A stretch of 64,000 nt of DNA. It comes from Octopus sinensis. Lineage: Eukaryota. Where the stretch lies: assembly GCF_006345805.1 (NCBI RefSeq), contig NC_043006.1, positions 42,532,001-42,596,000 on the forward strand, written 5' to 3'. The notes beneath the pieces are model-generated. The model was given only the letters and a program-made list of their open reading frames with translations, was not told the DNA's origin and made no database searches. Positions within the stretch are counted from its first letter, which is position 1; each line of letters opens with the position of its first letter. The position numbers were made by a program, and so were the translations under genes. This document shows positions 38,606 through 51,448 of the stretch, one piece after another.

Positions 38606-38830
38606 ATCTGATGCTGCTTACTGTTTTAGTAATGTTACACTCTCTCTACAACTCATCTGTTTATCAAGGAACATAACATATGTAAACAATTCATCTCTCA
38701 CTGACAAAGGTATCTTCCCCGAAACGTTAGACTTTTAGTCTGCCTCTTGGTAAAAAAATTTATTCCCATTTCATGAACTTTAAAAGTACTGCTATCCTCG
38801 TTTATCTTGGGCGTTTAGTTACAAAGACGA

Positions 38831-38921
<91 letters not shown>

Positions 38922-39049
38922 AAATAAATCTTCGTATTCGACGAATTGAGGATAAATGAATAATTGAAAATATAGTAAATATGAGTTTTGTTCCGAGACC
39001 ACGAGCATTGTGGATAATCGTTGGGGCGTGCTTTTGTTGTCCAAACAGA

Positions 39050-39500
39050 ATTTTAGACTTATTGCTGACCCGTGTTATCACAGATCAATTCGTGATAAGC
39101 GTAACACATAACAATCAGCTGTACATTGTAACCAGCAGTCGCAACTATGACTGTTCATGGCTTTGGCATGACTTGATAAGCTCTCTCCATTCTGGTCGCT
39201 TTTTCGCTTCAGTTTGTCATTTATCAGGATCATTTCCTTTCCACTTCATATTCCTTTTTGCAGTATCTTTGAATTTCAGCTTAGCTCTTTGATGATTTCT
39301 TTTCCCCTTGCCAAAATTGGGAGTAAAAGAATCGTCTGGGGTGTCTGTTTGTTGTTGCCCATCCTGTGTTCGTGTCCCAACTAACATAAATTTCTTTCAA
39401 TGAGGGTTTCCATCATAGGAAGCAAACCAGCACACCATAGGATCTCTTCGTTCCTGACCAGTGATGAATGAATCAGTGATAAACGAGGATTGATGGATTA
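39050..39500 (-). mobile_element. RTE-clade LINE 3' fragment
   Basis: VRNEEIL, LGHEHRM, GKRNHQRAKLKFKDTAKRNMKW...EWRELI; stop at 39145. Confidence 0.75.
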
Positions 39501-39609
39501 CAGCTACCATCCAAACTTTCTATGATTATAGTGTATGTTTTATACCATAACACCACCTGGTATTTCTTATATGCCTTTACCTTAAGTACTACATAATACA
39601 TGTTCTATC

Positions 39610-39818
39610 AAAGGCGGCGTGCTGGCAGAAATGTTAGCATGCAGGGCGAAATGCTTAGCAGTATTTCGTCTGTCTTTTCGTTCTGAGTTCAAATTGCGCC
39701 ACGGTCGACTTTCCCTTTCATCTCTTCGGGGTCGATAAATTAAGTACCAGTTACACACTGGGGTCTGTCCTTATTTGTCTCCTCTGTGTTTAGCCGCCCC
39801 TTGTGGGCAATAAAGAAA
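39610..39818 (+). mobile_element. SINE family B
   Basis: AAGGCGGCGTGCTGGCAGAA head to GGGCAATAAAGAAATA tail. Confidence 0.88.
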
Positions 39819-39859
39819 TAGATATGATAACTTTGTGAATCAGGTTCACTTTTACCCAT

Positions 39860-40117
39860 ACGATGTTAGTTGGGGATGATGATGTTGATGATGATGATGA
39901 CGATGCTGCCACCGACACCAATGATGATGATGATGATGACGATGATAATGATGGTGGTGGTGATGATGATGATGAAGCTGCCACTGACACCTATGATGAT
40001 GATGATGATGGTGATGATGATAATATGATATTGAGGATGATGATGATGGAGCTGCCACCAACACCAATGATGATGATGGTGATGGTGACGATGATAATAC
40101 GACAATGATGATGATAT

Positions 40118-40169
<52 letters not shown>

Positions 40170-40185
40170 GAAGGAGATGAAGAAG

Positions 40186-40217
<32 letters not shown>

Positions 40218-40350
40218 GAAGATGATGATGATGATAGTGATACAATAATGATGATGGTGAAGAAGAAGAAGAAGAAGAAGAAGAAGAAGAAGAAGAAGAA
40301 GAAGAAGAAGAAGAAGAAGAAGAAGAAGAAGATGTTGATGATGATGAACT
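39860..40350. repeat. (GAT)n/(GAA)n with three GCTGCCACYRACACC minisatellite cores
   Basis: Directly visible. Confidence 0.9.
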
Positions 40351-41579
40351 TTAGATTTTAAAAAAACTTTTACTGGCAAAAAAAAAATTCAGAATCAGCA
40401 GATTTACCCTCTGAGTAATGAAAATTTACCCTTGGTGGATAAATTTACTCCAGCAACAGAACCCCTGCTCTGTACAATGCGAAGGTTTTATATATCTTGT
40501 GGAAGAGAACAACAGAAATAAACAACAAACACTTAAGAATACCTTACATAATAGATTATGTCAATCATATCAAATTATGTTCAGAAGCACATGGGATGTT
40601 CTTGATACATCAGCAGGTTCTAAAGTGAATAATATCTGGGAGTTTTGAAAGTAATACTTTTGTCATTGTCTATCAATGTTATGTTACTTTAAACAATTTC
40701 TGTTATTACTGTTATTTTTAGAATCGGAATAAATGCAAGATATAGCAAATATTACAATAGATTTTAATAAAGAAGGAATAAATAAATAAATAAATAAATA
40801 AATAGCTTGCTATGAGAAAATTGTGAGTGTTCAATATATGTTATATAAACCATGCAAGGGAATGTTTTTAAAGAAAAAAAAAATCAATTTTTTTTTTAAT
40901 CCATCAAACTTTAAACAGTTTTTATTTCATAAATAAAATGCATTTATCAAATTTTTTTTTTAAATGCAAGTATATAATGCTTAAAGAATAAGTGATAGAC
41001 GTTTTGATACCAAAGGAACACTATAGTAAGCAGAATGTGTATCATTGTTGAGAATGTGCCAGTATCAAGATTACCAGATATTATATTGCCAAAATACAAG
41101 CAATAAAAGTAATGTTAATAATGTATGTATTCAGCTTCTACAATATAAAGCTTGCCCTATTTTCAAAGAAATACTTCACACCCTGTTGCTATGCCTTGAA
41201 AGCACTTTTATTCTGTGGCATATTAAAAGAAACATTTCTACATTATTAGTGAGCCCTATATATTAAAAGTACACTCCCAACAAGTGGAATGTGGAGCTAG
41301 GGGTACATTTTACTTCACATATGTTGCTATTCTCTTCATAGAACACAAATTGGCAAATTTTTTTAACCAGCCAGCTGATATTACAGAGATTTTGGCTGGC
41401 TACAGCTCTTGAAATAATGTTTAGTAGACCTAAACTGATGTCTCTAACTTGATTTGCTTTCGTAAGCATTCGGATCAAAGGGGCCAGTACTTATCTATGG
41501 GTTCTACAATATAGGGCACATGTGGGACCAATCTCCATGCGGATATGATGCTACTACTGTTACAGTAGCTGAAACCTTT

Positions 41580-41755
41580 GTAGAATTTCTTCTGGCTTCA
41601 CTTTCTGAGTTCAAATTCTGCCAAGGTCAACTGTCTTTCGTCCTTTCAAGGTCACTAAAATATGTACCGGTAGAACAGTGGGGTTGATGTCATTGACTAG
41701 GAATCCTTCCCACCAAATTTCAGGCAGACCTTATGCTTATAGTAGAAAGGACTAT
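41580..41755 (+). mobile_element. Degenerate family B SINE
   Basis: CTGAGTTCAAATTCTGCCAAGGTCAAC...AGTAGAAAGGACTATT. Confidence 0.65.
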
Positions 41756-41789
41756 TGCAGGAGCTTTCTTCTGTAAGAATTGAATAGAA

Positions 41790-42135
41790 CACTCATCACC
41801 ACCATCATCATCATCATCATCATCACTACCATCACCATCATCATCATCATCATCCTCATCATCATCATGACCACCATATTCATCATCATCACCACCACCA
41901 CCACCACCACCACCACCACCACCATCATCATCATCACCACCCCCACCACCACCACCATCATCATCGTTTAACATCCGCTTCCCATGTTGGCATGGGTTGG
42001 ATAGTTTGTCAGCAGCTGGCCAGGCAGCAACAAAGGACCAGACATCCATGTCTCTTTTAGCAGGGTTATCTTTTGTCAGTTCCACCGAGTTGCTACTCCT
42101 TAAAGAACGGGCCTCCATATGGTCTCTCAACTTGA
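41790..42135 (-). mobile_element. RTE-type 3' end (family F) with (GAT/GGT)n tail
   Basis: AACCCATGCCAACATGGGAAGCGGATGTTAAACGATGATG end; remnant coding ELTKDNPAKRDMDVWSFV. Confidence 0.7.
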
Positions 42136-42498
42136 ATGAAGTCGCAACAAAATTTTCCTCATGTTATACACTACATTCATGAAATATCAATACATTGCAT
42201 AACAGAGTTTAGGATTCACAATGTCTGTAAAAAAATGGTATGATTGTGCTTCCAATGTCTTCTCAACTGGGCTGACTTGAGGCTAAACAACACCTACAAT
42301 ATCACAATCTCTGATTTCAAATTCTGCTGAGGTCGACTTTACTTTTCATCATATGGTAATGATAATGATGATGATTCACAGCCCAACTGAGAAGATCTAT
42401 AATCAAGGACACTGGAACCACATTCATACGACAATCACCAATGATAAGATACAACTGCTAATCTCTTGGCTAAATCTCTCATACAAAGTTAACTCATA

Positions 42499-42921
42499 TA
42501 CTCTTTTACTTTTTTACTTGTTTCAGTCAATTGACTGTGGCCATGCTGGAGCGCTGCCTATAGTTGAGCAAATCGACCCCAGGACTTATTCTTTGTAAGC
42601 CTAGTGGTTATTCTATCGGTCTCTTTTGCCGAACTGCTAAGTTACAAGGACGTAAACACACCACCATCGGTTGTCAAGTGATGTTGGGGTGGACAAACAC
42701 AGACACACAAATTTAGACACACACATACATATATATATATATGTATATATATATATGCAACGGGCTTCTTTCAGTTTCCATCTACCAAATCCACTCACAA
42801 GGCTTTGGTCGGCCTGAGGCTATAGTAGAAGACACTTGCCCAAGGTGCCACACAGTGGGACTGAACCCAGAACCATGTGGTTCGTAAGCAAGCTACTTAC
42901 CACACAGCCACTCCTATGCCT
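42499..42921 (-). mobile_element. SINE family A, full length, CpG-decayed
   Basis: Colinear with 5564-5965. Confidence 0.9.
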
Positions 42922-42969
42922 ATATATATATATAGATAGATAGATAAATATGTTATATAATCTTTTATC

Positions 42970-43280
42970 ATTTACTTATTTCAGTCATTAGACTGTAGCC
43001 ATGCTGGAGCACCACACTGAACAATTTTGGTCGAACGAATCAACCCCAGCATGTATTTTTTTAAGCTTGGTACCTTTTCTATTGATCTCTAATACTGGAC
43101 TCTAGTTACAGGGGACATAAACACACTAGCACTGGTTGGCATTGGGAAGGGCATCCAGTCTTAGAAACCATAGCAAAGCAGACAATGGAGCAGAGAGCTG
43201 TCCTTGGACACATCAGATCTAGTCAAAGTGTCTAACTCATGCCAGCATGGAAAATGGATGTTAAGTGAATGATGATGATC
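42970..43280. mobile_element. Family A-type tail fragment (-) followed by a family F fragment (+)
   Basis: TTTCAGTCATTAGACTGTAGCCATGCTGGAGCACC; GGAAGGGCATCCAG...GCCAGCATGGAAAATGGATGTTAA. Confidence 0.65.
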
Positions 43281-43429
43281 AATGGATTACTGGTATGTCT
43301 TTGACAAAGTACAAGTAACAGCAAATTTAAATTTTGGTTTTGTAAGCAAAATAATGGCAGAAGGTAATGAGAGGGAGAGAGAGAAACAGAAAGAGAGAGA
43401 GAGAGAGGGGGAGAAACATTAAGTGGTAG

Positions 43430-44100
43430 ATGAGAGGTCTGGATGGTAGGTGGGTGTAATCTGTGGCTTGTCTAGGGATGGTGAATACCTTGTGCCTGCA
43501 TGTGTGTGGGGGTGTGGAGGTGGGGGTGTGGGGTGGTGTGTGTGTGTGTGTGTGTGTGAGTAGAAATATGTGTAGATGCTAGTGACCTGTTGTTTCAGTG
43601 GTGAAGTAAATGACGAGTGGGTGTGGTCTGATGAGTGCTGGGCAGGGCTAGACTAATTTGTAATGCCTCTTGGGGTGGGGAATACTATGCCTATGTATAT
43701 ATATGTACATACATGCATTATATATATGTGTGTATGTGTGTATACTTGTACGTATATGTTTAGGGATATATGCACATATGTGAGTAAGTGTGTGTGTGTG
43801 TATGTATGCATACATGTATGTTTATACATGTGTAGGGGGAAATGCTAGCGTATGAATAAATGTGTATGATGTATCACAACATTTATTGCGATGCAGAATG
43901 GAATTAATGAGTAGATGTGGCATGTTTTGTGGTATGTTGTGAAATAGCATGGGGTGGGATACACATGGAAACTTGAGTTGGAGGGTGTAAAAGGGGTGGA
44001 GTTAGTCAAACTGAATTTATTGCTGGTTTGAGATGGTGGGATTGTGTTTGAAAGCTGGTAACATGGAGTGTTTTGCGGGTGGTGGGGGAGCAAGAAGGAA
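43430..44100 (-). mobile_element. Possible very old PLE coding remnants
   Basis: Minus-strand ITPTYHPDL and LPAFKHNPTI resemble PLE linker motifs, but they occur in the unexpected order. Confidence 0.3.
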
Positions 44101-44158
44101 ATGTTTCTTCAATTCTATGGCATATGATCACAAGTAAGACCAATATCTTTGGTTTCTT

Positions 44159-44790
44159 ATTTCTTTATTGCCCACAAGGGGCTAAACATAGAAGGGACGA
44201 ACAAGGACAGACAAAGGAATTAAGTCGATTACATCGACCAAAGTGAGTAACTGATACTTTATTTATCAAACCCAAAAGTATGAAAGGCAAAGTCGACCTC
44301 GGTGGAATTTGAACTTAGAACATAACAGCAGACGAAATACCACTAAGCATTTCTCCTGGCGTGCTAACGTTTCTTTTTTCTTTATTGCCCACGAGGGACT
44401 AAACATAGAAGGGACAAACAAGGACAGACAACAGGATTAAGTCGATTACATCAACCCCAGTGCGTAACTGGTACTTTATTTATCAACCCTGAAAGGATGA
44501 CAGGCAAAGTCGACCTCGGTGGAATGTGAACTCAGAACGTAACAGCAGACGAAATATCTATTTCTTTACTACCCACAAGGGGCTAAACACAGAGGGGACA
44601 AACAAGGACAGACAAATGGATTAAGTTGATTACATCGACCCCAGTACATAACTGGTACTTAATTTATCGACCCAGAAAGGATGAAAGGCAAAGTCGACCT
44701 CAGCGGAATTTGAACTCAGAATATAGCGGCAGACGAAATACCACTAAGCATTTCGCCCGGTGTGCTAACAATTCTACCAGCCCGCTGCCT
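44159..44790 (-). mobile_element. SINE family B trimer
   Basis: Three bodies, one head; 15-bp TSD TATCTTTGGTTTCTT (44144-58, 44791-805). Confidence 0.9.
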
Positions 44791-45019
44791 TATCTTTGGT
44801 TTCTTCATAATACAATAGATGTCTCTGGTTCTTTGTCCGTTTGTGCTTATTTTCTTTGGCTGTAATGTTCCAACTGATAAGTAAGTTTCTTGCTCTTGGG
44901 TTTTTTAAGCTTCTGACAAATTTTGATTGTGTCTCTAGGAGGTAATGACAAGTGATCAAGGCATTTGGAGATTTGCTGTGCTTGAGAAGACACATCAAGT
45001 GAAATACTAGTTGTGGTCA

Positions 45020-45275
45020 ATGCCAGTGACATACAAAAGGCACCCATGCTAGTGACACATAAAAGGCACCCATGCTGGTGGCTCATAAAAGGGACCCATG
45101 CTGATAACACATTAAAAGCACCCACTACACTCTTGGAGTGGTTGGCATTAGGAAGAGCACCCAACTGTAGCCAAATTAGACTGGAACCTGGTGCAGCTTC
45201 CCGGTTTACTAGTCCCAGTCAAACCATCTAACCCATGCCAGCATGGAAAACAGATGCTAAATGATGATGATGAAG
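45020..45275 (+). mobile_element. Family F (RTE-tail) SINE fragment
   Basis: Repeated AAGGCACCCATGCT units, then GAGTGGTTGGCATTAGGAAG...CCATGCCAGCATGGAAAACAGATG-(ATG)n. Confidence 0.75.
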
Positions 45276-47264
45276 ATGACGTTGAGTTATATTTCTATCT
45301 ATTTCTAAATGAGGCCACTTGACCAAATCCTTGGTGATCTGTCAACAAGCATATCAGCTCTATATACGAGCTTCTTATCGAGGCATCTCATATTCAAGGG
45401 AACATTATCAGGGATCTGTAATTGCACAACTATTGCATATGAGGAGATTAACTAACATTTTTTGTTATTTCTAAATATTTGTGATCCATTACATAAACAA
45501 CAATCACAACCTTTTACAGAATTTCTATTAAAATTTATATAACTGTGTGTTGGTGGAAACTGGCTGTCAGTTTGGGTAAGGAATCATTTACCTACATTGG
45601 TTATAACGTACGGCATGGTGGATTGAGCCACAAGGTTTTTCTGTGTCTACACACCCTTGACATAACAGAGATGGGTTTGACACAGGTGATCTTTTCTCTT
45701 TTAAGCCAGTTTTTCTAGAATAATATAAAAATTTGGAGTGGCTTTATTGAAAATGGTATTGTCTGAGGATAAGTGGAAGATACATCAACTTATGTTGTTA
45801 GTAATATGTTCAATAGTCAAGCCTTTGTTTGAAATTCATGGTGATATCTAAGATATCAAAGTAGTTGACTATTTTAGATTAGTACTAATAATAATTTTCA
45901 AGTTTAATTGAGCATATATATTTCTTTCATAAGTTCCAAGTTACTCTAGAGGTTGAAAAAAATTGGGAATATATTTATCATATATGAGGCATGCCAGGGA
46001 AATATGTCTTGTGTATCACATTTGATAAGGTTGAACCAGCACCACAAACTTCAACCCTTAACTTACAATTACAATCCACTCAACAAACCTCCACATTGTC
46101 TCCATCTATTCAGTTTCCCTCACAAGGCTTTGGTTCACCAGAGGCAACAGTAAAAAAAAACAAGATACCATGAAATGGGGTTGAACACAGGATCTGATAA
46201 ATGAAAAGTGAACAGCTTGATTATTTAGCCATGCTGCTAAATTATACTACAGAAAAGAATAATGTAAGCATTTTATATTTTATATTTCATGGTTATTGAT
46301 CCCATTTTATGTAAACTAAGATAACCAAAAGCATTACTTGTTACCAAAGATATATTTTATGGATAATTATGATCACTACCACCATTTCAATTTAAATATT
46401 CATTTTTCTTTTTTGTCACAGTTGTTAGTTTGTTCAAAGCATTGTCAATCAATTATTGTGATGACTATCTCTCAGAGCATTTAACGTCAGTTCAATAAAT
46501 GACTTCAGTAATAGTATTAATGGAGTTAGTTTAATTATCTGAAGGAGACTGTCTATTTGTCAGGCTAACACAGTAGACATCTGGGGATATCACCAATTTC
46601 GTTGCCAATTAGCTGACACTTTCATTCTGAATAACATTAGTAGAAATAATGCAACGCTGTATAAGAATATAAAAGGTCTCAATTTCACTAGATTCCATTA
46701 ATCTAATTAATGCTACGTTAGTATTGAGTGCTTTTGTTTATTTTTTTTTTTCTCCCTCTCTTTAGTTTTACTTATATTTGTTATGATAGCATGGGTAAGC
46801 TGAAATAGGCTATGAGACATAACCAGACATGAGCTCTCAACATCAGGACAGTATAATGTCTGTTCTGTTCTGTTCCGTCAGGTAGAGTGGAATAAGAACA
46901 AAACATAAAAGTTCAGAGAAATGGTTATATAGCTACAGCTAGGTTTTGAACTCTTGATTCTCTGATCTGTAATCTCCACCATCTTCCATTCACCACCATT
47001 GAGCTTCTAATCATCAACAAAATTATAGCCTGAAATGAAAATCATTTTATTTTTCAAACCATTGTTCACAAAGATGTGAATGCTTTCTTTGAAGTTCTAA
47101 TTCTTCATATTTGAGTGATTTTGTTATACACTGTTGAAATGTGTATTGTACAAATACAGAATCTTCATCTTTTTATATTTTTTCTGTCAGCTTCAGTCTT
47201 CTACCATGAGATTCTTCAGCTTCTGTCAACGCTTTTACTTATGCCTGCATGGAGAACAGACATT

Positions 47265-47654
47265 GAATGATGATAATGATGATGATGACGATCAGGATAA
47301 TGATGGCAATGACAACAACAGCGGCAGCAGCAATGGTGGCCTCAGTGGTGGTGGTGGTGGTGGTGGTGATGATGATGACAATGACAACAACAGCAGCAAC
47401 AGCAATGGTGGCCTCAGTGGTGGCGGTGGTGGTGGTGGTGGTGGCGGTGGCGGTGGTGGTGGTGATGATGATGATGATGATGATGAGGATGATGATGACA
47501 ATGACAACAACAGTGACAACAACAATGGTGGTCGCAGCAGTGGCTGTGGAGGCAGTGGCAGTGGTGATGATGGTGATGATGATGACAATGGCAGCAGCAA
47601 TGGCAGCAGCACTGGCAGCAGGAGCAGCAATGGCAGTGGAAGTGGTGGTAGTAG

Positions 47655-47690
<36 letters not shown>

Positions 47691-47730
47691 CGATGACGAC
47701 GACGATGACGACAGTGACGATGATGAAAAT
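47265..47730. repeat. (GAT/GGT/GGC/AAC)n mosaic with ~60-bp higher-order units
   Basis: GACAATGACAACAACAG...GCAATGGTGGCCTCAGTGG occurs twice intact and once degenerate. Confidence 0.9.
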
Positions 47731-48630
47731 TAGTTCACTAGTTTCAATGGCATCAGCTGTCATCAAAATAGAATCGTTGTTCCTTAATTTGGAAAGAGAG
47801 AACTAACCTCCACTAACAAAATATTAGGCCATCAAAAACAAAAAACAAAACAAAACAAAACAACCTCAAAGAATTCACTAATCCAACTGGCAAAACCTCC
47901 TAAGAGAGCCTCTTTTTAGTTGCTTTGACCTGCAAGAAATAACAACCAAATTTCCCTCAAATCATACTCCATTAAGAAAAGTGAGAAAAATACACATCGG
48001 ATAATGTAGTCTGCAAGTATCCCGAAAATGATGGGAAAGACATGGGTCCACTTGTTTAGAGCTGACTTGAAGTAAAACAACAATAACAACAACAACATTC
48101 TGTTACAAATTATACTTTGAGAATCTGGTTGACAATCCATTCATGACCTCTCTGACCTCTAACTGTCGATACAGTTTCTTTTGGTTTTGTTCTTGTGACC
48201 TCAGGGTGGTTGTAAAAGAATTGGTAAGGCTGTGATTGGAATGTTACTTCTGTGGCCCCCTTCACATAGCAGAGTCAGATTTGGAGAAAGCAGAAATCAG
48301 CTCCAAAAGGAATAAAGACAACATTAGCTTTGATAGGATTCAGTACAGTCAGTTCTAAGAGGTTTGTCAGCCAGTAAAAATACAACATGACATTCAATTT
48401 GATGCTGTAATGACTATGATAGTCCACTGTCCATAAGTGGGAGAATGATATTTGCTTGTGGGTACAAACCCAGGTCTAAAATTTTTTCCAAACAAGGTCA
48501 ATTTTTTCAATCTTAATATCAAAACAAACACAAGTATCAATAACATTAATATGCTAATTTTTTTGTTTTTGTACATACCTGTTGTGTGCGTCACACTTAC
48601 TTCAAAGAAAAGGCAAAGTGAGAAAGAGGA

Positions 48631-48643
48631 CAGAGAGGAAGTA

Positions 48644-48683
<40 letters not shown>

Positions 48684-48957
48684 TGAGTGAATGAGAGAGA
48701 AAGAGAGAGAGTGAAAGAGACAGTGACTGATGACGGCGTTCGTTTTGTGCTTTTAAATGTTTCAGAGAGGAAGTAAGACAGAAAGAGAGAGAGTGTGAAA
48801 GAGACAGTGAGTAGTGCTGGTGTTTGCTTTGTGTTTTTAAATGTTTTAGAGAGGACGTAATAGAGAAAGAAAGAGAGTTAGAGAGAGAGGAAAAGTGAGA
48901 GAGAGAGAAAGAGACAGTGAGTGGTGACGGCGTTTGTTTTGTGTTTTTAAATGTTTA
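48631..48957 (+). repeat. Three-unit GA-rich minisatellite, possibly Helitron-associated
   Basis: Unit AGAGAGGAAGTAA...GAAAGAGACAGTGA..GACGGCGTTTGTTTTGTGTTTTTAAATGTTT. Confidence 0.8.
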
Positions 48958-49304
48958 TCACATCGCAAGAGAAGTAGATACATAGATACATGTACACATT
49001 GTTAAATCAAAATGGAAGAGAAGAGGAACACAAAAGAAGTGAAAGAGAAAGAGAGCAAGTAAGAGAGACAGTAGATACATAAATCCAAAGAAAAGTTCAA
49101 ACATAGATACATACACACAGCAAACATTGCCTGTCAATTTCCCTTTTCATTACTAGACGAGGATAAAATTAACTCACAAATGGCTGAACACTCCACAGAC
49201 ATGCATAACATTAACGATGTTCTCAGGGAAATTTATCCTCACACAGAATATGACAAGGCTGGCTCCTTTGAATTACAGCTACAACTCGAGACATATATGT
49301 ATAT

Positions 49305-49341
<37 letters not shown>

Positions 49342-49499
49342 GAATGTATTTGTGTGTGTGTATAGTTTAGGTTAGTTAAAACATGTTTGCAATAATAATT
49401 GTCGCGTGGTGGAAATAAACGCAATTACCAAACTTTCATTCATAAATCATATATTATTTCGTTCTTTTGCATTTCAATTTGTATATTTGTCCCCAGAAA

Positions 49500-50173
49500 G
49501 TTTCAACAAGTGCACACCAGAAGAAATGGAAAAACAAGTAATTTCATCTCCTAAAAATTCTGACTGTCTTGCAATAAATGAAAAAGTTCTTAATATTATA
49601 CCAGAGGCACTTAAAACGTACTTAAGCACGGATTCAGTGTCCTGCAATAATGAAGAGGAGGTTCAGAACTATCCATTTCAATTCATAAACTCACTCACTC
49701 CATCCAGTATGCTTCCTCATCGCCTCAACTTAAAAGTAGGGGCTATTGTAATGTTGCTAAGAAATCTTTTGATCAGTCACGGATTATGTAATGGAACTCG
49801 CATGAAAGTGCAAAGACTTCATGAACATTGTGTAGAGGCATTATTGGTAACAGGCTCCAACAGAGACCGCACAGTTCTAATTTCCTGAATTAAACTTAGC
49901 CCAAGTGCTGCAAATATTCCATTTACACTAAACAGATTTCAGTTTTCCACTTCGACTTGTATATTCAATGACAATTAATAAGGCTCAAGGGAAAACATTG
50001 AATACATTTACTTCAACTAGTATTTTCTCATGGCCAATTATATGTCACATTTTCAAGAGCACGATCTATGAACAATATCAAAGTAAGAGATATGACACTC
50101 AATTGGGATAACAGATAAGGCCAAAAACATGGTGTGACATACACACAAAATATTGTCTACTATGAAGTACTGT
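49500..50173 (+). pseudogene. Helitron RepHel C-terminal PIF1 helicase fragment
   Basis: SPKNSDCLAINEKVL, LPHRLNLKVGAIVMLLRNL..HGLCNGTR, MTINKAQG, FSHGQLYVTFSR, TQNIVYYEVL*; one stop and a frameshift. Confidence 0.9.
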
Positions 50174-50329
50174 GAGGAAGACCACCGCACCAGCTAGCAT
50201 CACCAGCACACCTTTAAGATCGGGGAACCAGTTAGGGGCCCACTGGATCTCTCTCGGCATACCAGCAAACCACAAAATCGCACCAGCCAGCATCACCACT
50301 ACCACCAAGCCCATCATGTATGTATGTAT

Positions 50330-50587
50330 GTATGTATGTATCTATGTACGTATGTATGTATGCACGTGTATGAGAGTGTGTGTGTGTGTCCCACCACCAC
50401 CATTGCTTGACAACCGATGTTGGTGCATTTGCGTCCCTGTAATTTAGCTGTTCAGCAGAAGAGACTGACAGAATAAGCACCAGGCTTACAGGATATAAGT
50501 CCAGGGGTCAATTTCTTCGACTAAGAGGTGGTGCTCCAGCATGACCACCGTCAAATGACTGAAACAGGTAAAAGAATAAAAGAATAC
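50330..50587 (+). mobile_element. SINE family A, 3' half
   Basis: TTGACAACCGATGTTGG...GGTGCTCCAGCATG...GACTGAAACAGGTAAAAGAATAAAAGAAT. Confidence 0.8.
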
Positions 50588-50769
50588 CAGAAAAACGTTC
50601 CGTAACACAAAACCAAGAAGGTTCTTTGAATATGTACGATATATTTTAAGGTTAAATAGTAATTCCGTTTACGTTTGTGTAACTGAGATATTTTGGTTGG
50701 ATTATATAGTCATTGGTGTTACATTACTTTCTATATTCTGTAACTGTCATAATATACTTTTCTAGACCT

Positions 50770-51405
50770 AAAATGTTGGGGGGGGGGCAGTCGATTAGAT
50801 TGACACCAGTATGCAACTGGTACTTAATTTATCAACCCTGAAAGGACGAAGGGTAAAGTCGACCTCGGCAGAATTTGAACTCAGAATGTAAAGACAGACT
50901 GTCATAATATGTAAACGTTTCTCATGCAACCAGTACACTGTTTACAGATGCTGACATTTTTTATGTTTCCTGTGAATTTTTCACAGGTTCAGCTAGTAAT
51001 AGTAACTATTTCAAATTTTTACCACAAAGGCAGCTTTGGGGATCTGGCCATTTTCCGATTACATCAACACCAGTGCATAACTGGTACTTATTTAATCAAC
51101 CTCGAAAGGATAAAAGACAAAGTCGACCTTGGCAAAATTTGAACTCAGAACGTAACAGCAGGCGAAATACCGATTTCTTTACTACCCACAAGGGGCTAAA
51201 CACAGAGGGGACAAACAAGGACAGACAAACGGATTAAGTCGATTATATCAACCCCAGTGCGTAACTAGTACTTATTTAATCAACCCCGAAAGGATGAAAG
51301 GCAAAGTCAACCTCGGCGTAAATTGAACTCAGAACGTAGGGGCAAGCGAAATACCGCTAAGTATTTCGCCTGGCGTGCTAACGATTCTGCCAGCTCGCCA
51401 CCTTC
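50770..51405 (-). mobile_element. Family B SINE fragment (50770-50900) and dimer (~51030-51405)
   Basis: Family B cores; dimer junction GAAATACC-GATTTCTTTACTACCCAC. Confidence 0.85.
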
Positions 51406-51411
51406 CGTAAG

Positions 51412-51447
<36 letters not shown>

Positions 51448-51448
<1 letters not shown>

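Noticed and set aside
39863-40108. Asp-rich ORFs here and at 41720-42130
   Set aside because: (GAT)n microsatellites, open in several frames.
43628-43660. CTGATGAG motif
   Set aside because: No downstream GAAA or closing helices.
47134-47733. 199-aa Gly/Asp/Ser-rich ORF
   Set aside because: Trinucleotide mosaic open in several frames on both strands; no ATG at the track start and no independent evidence of coding.
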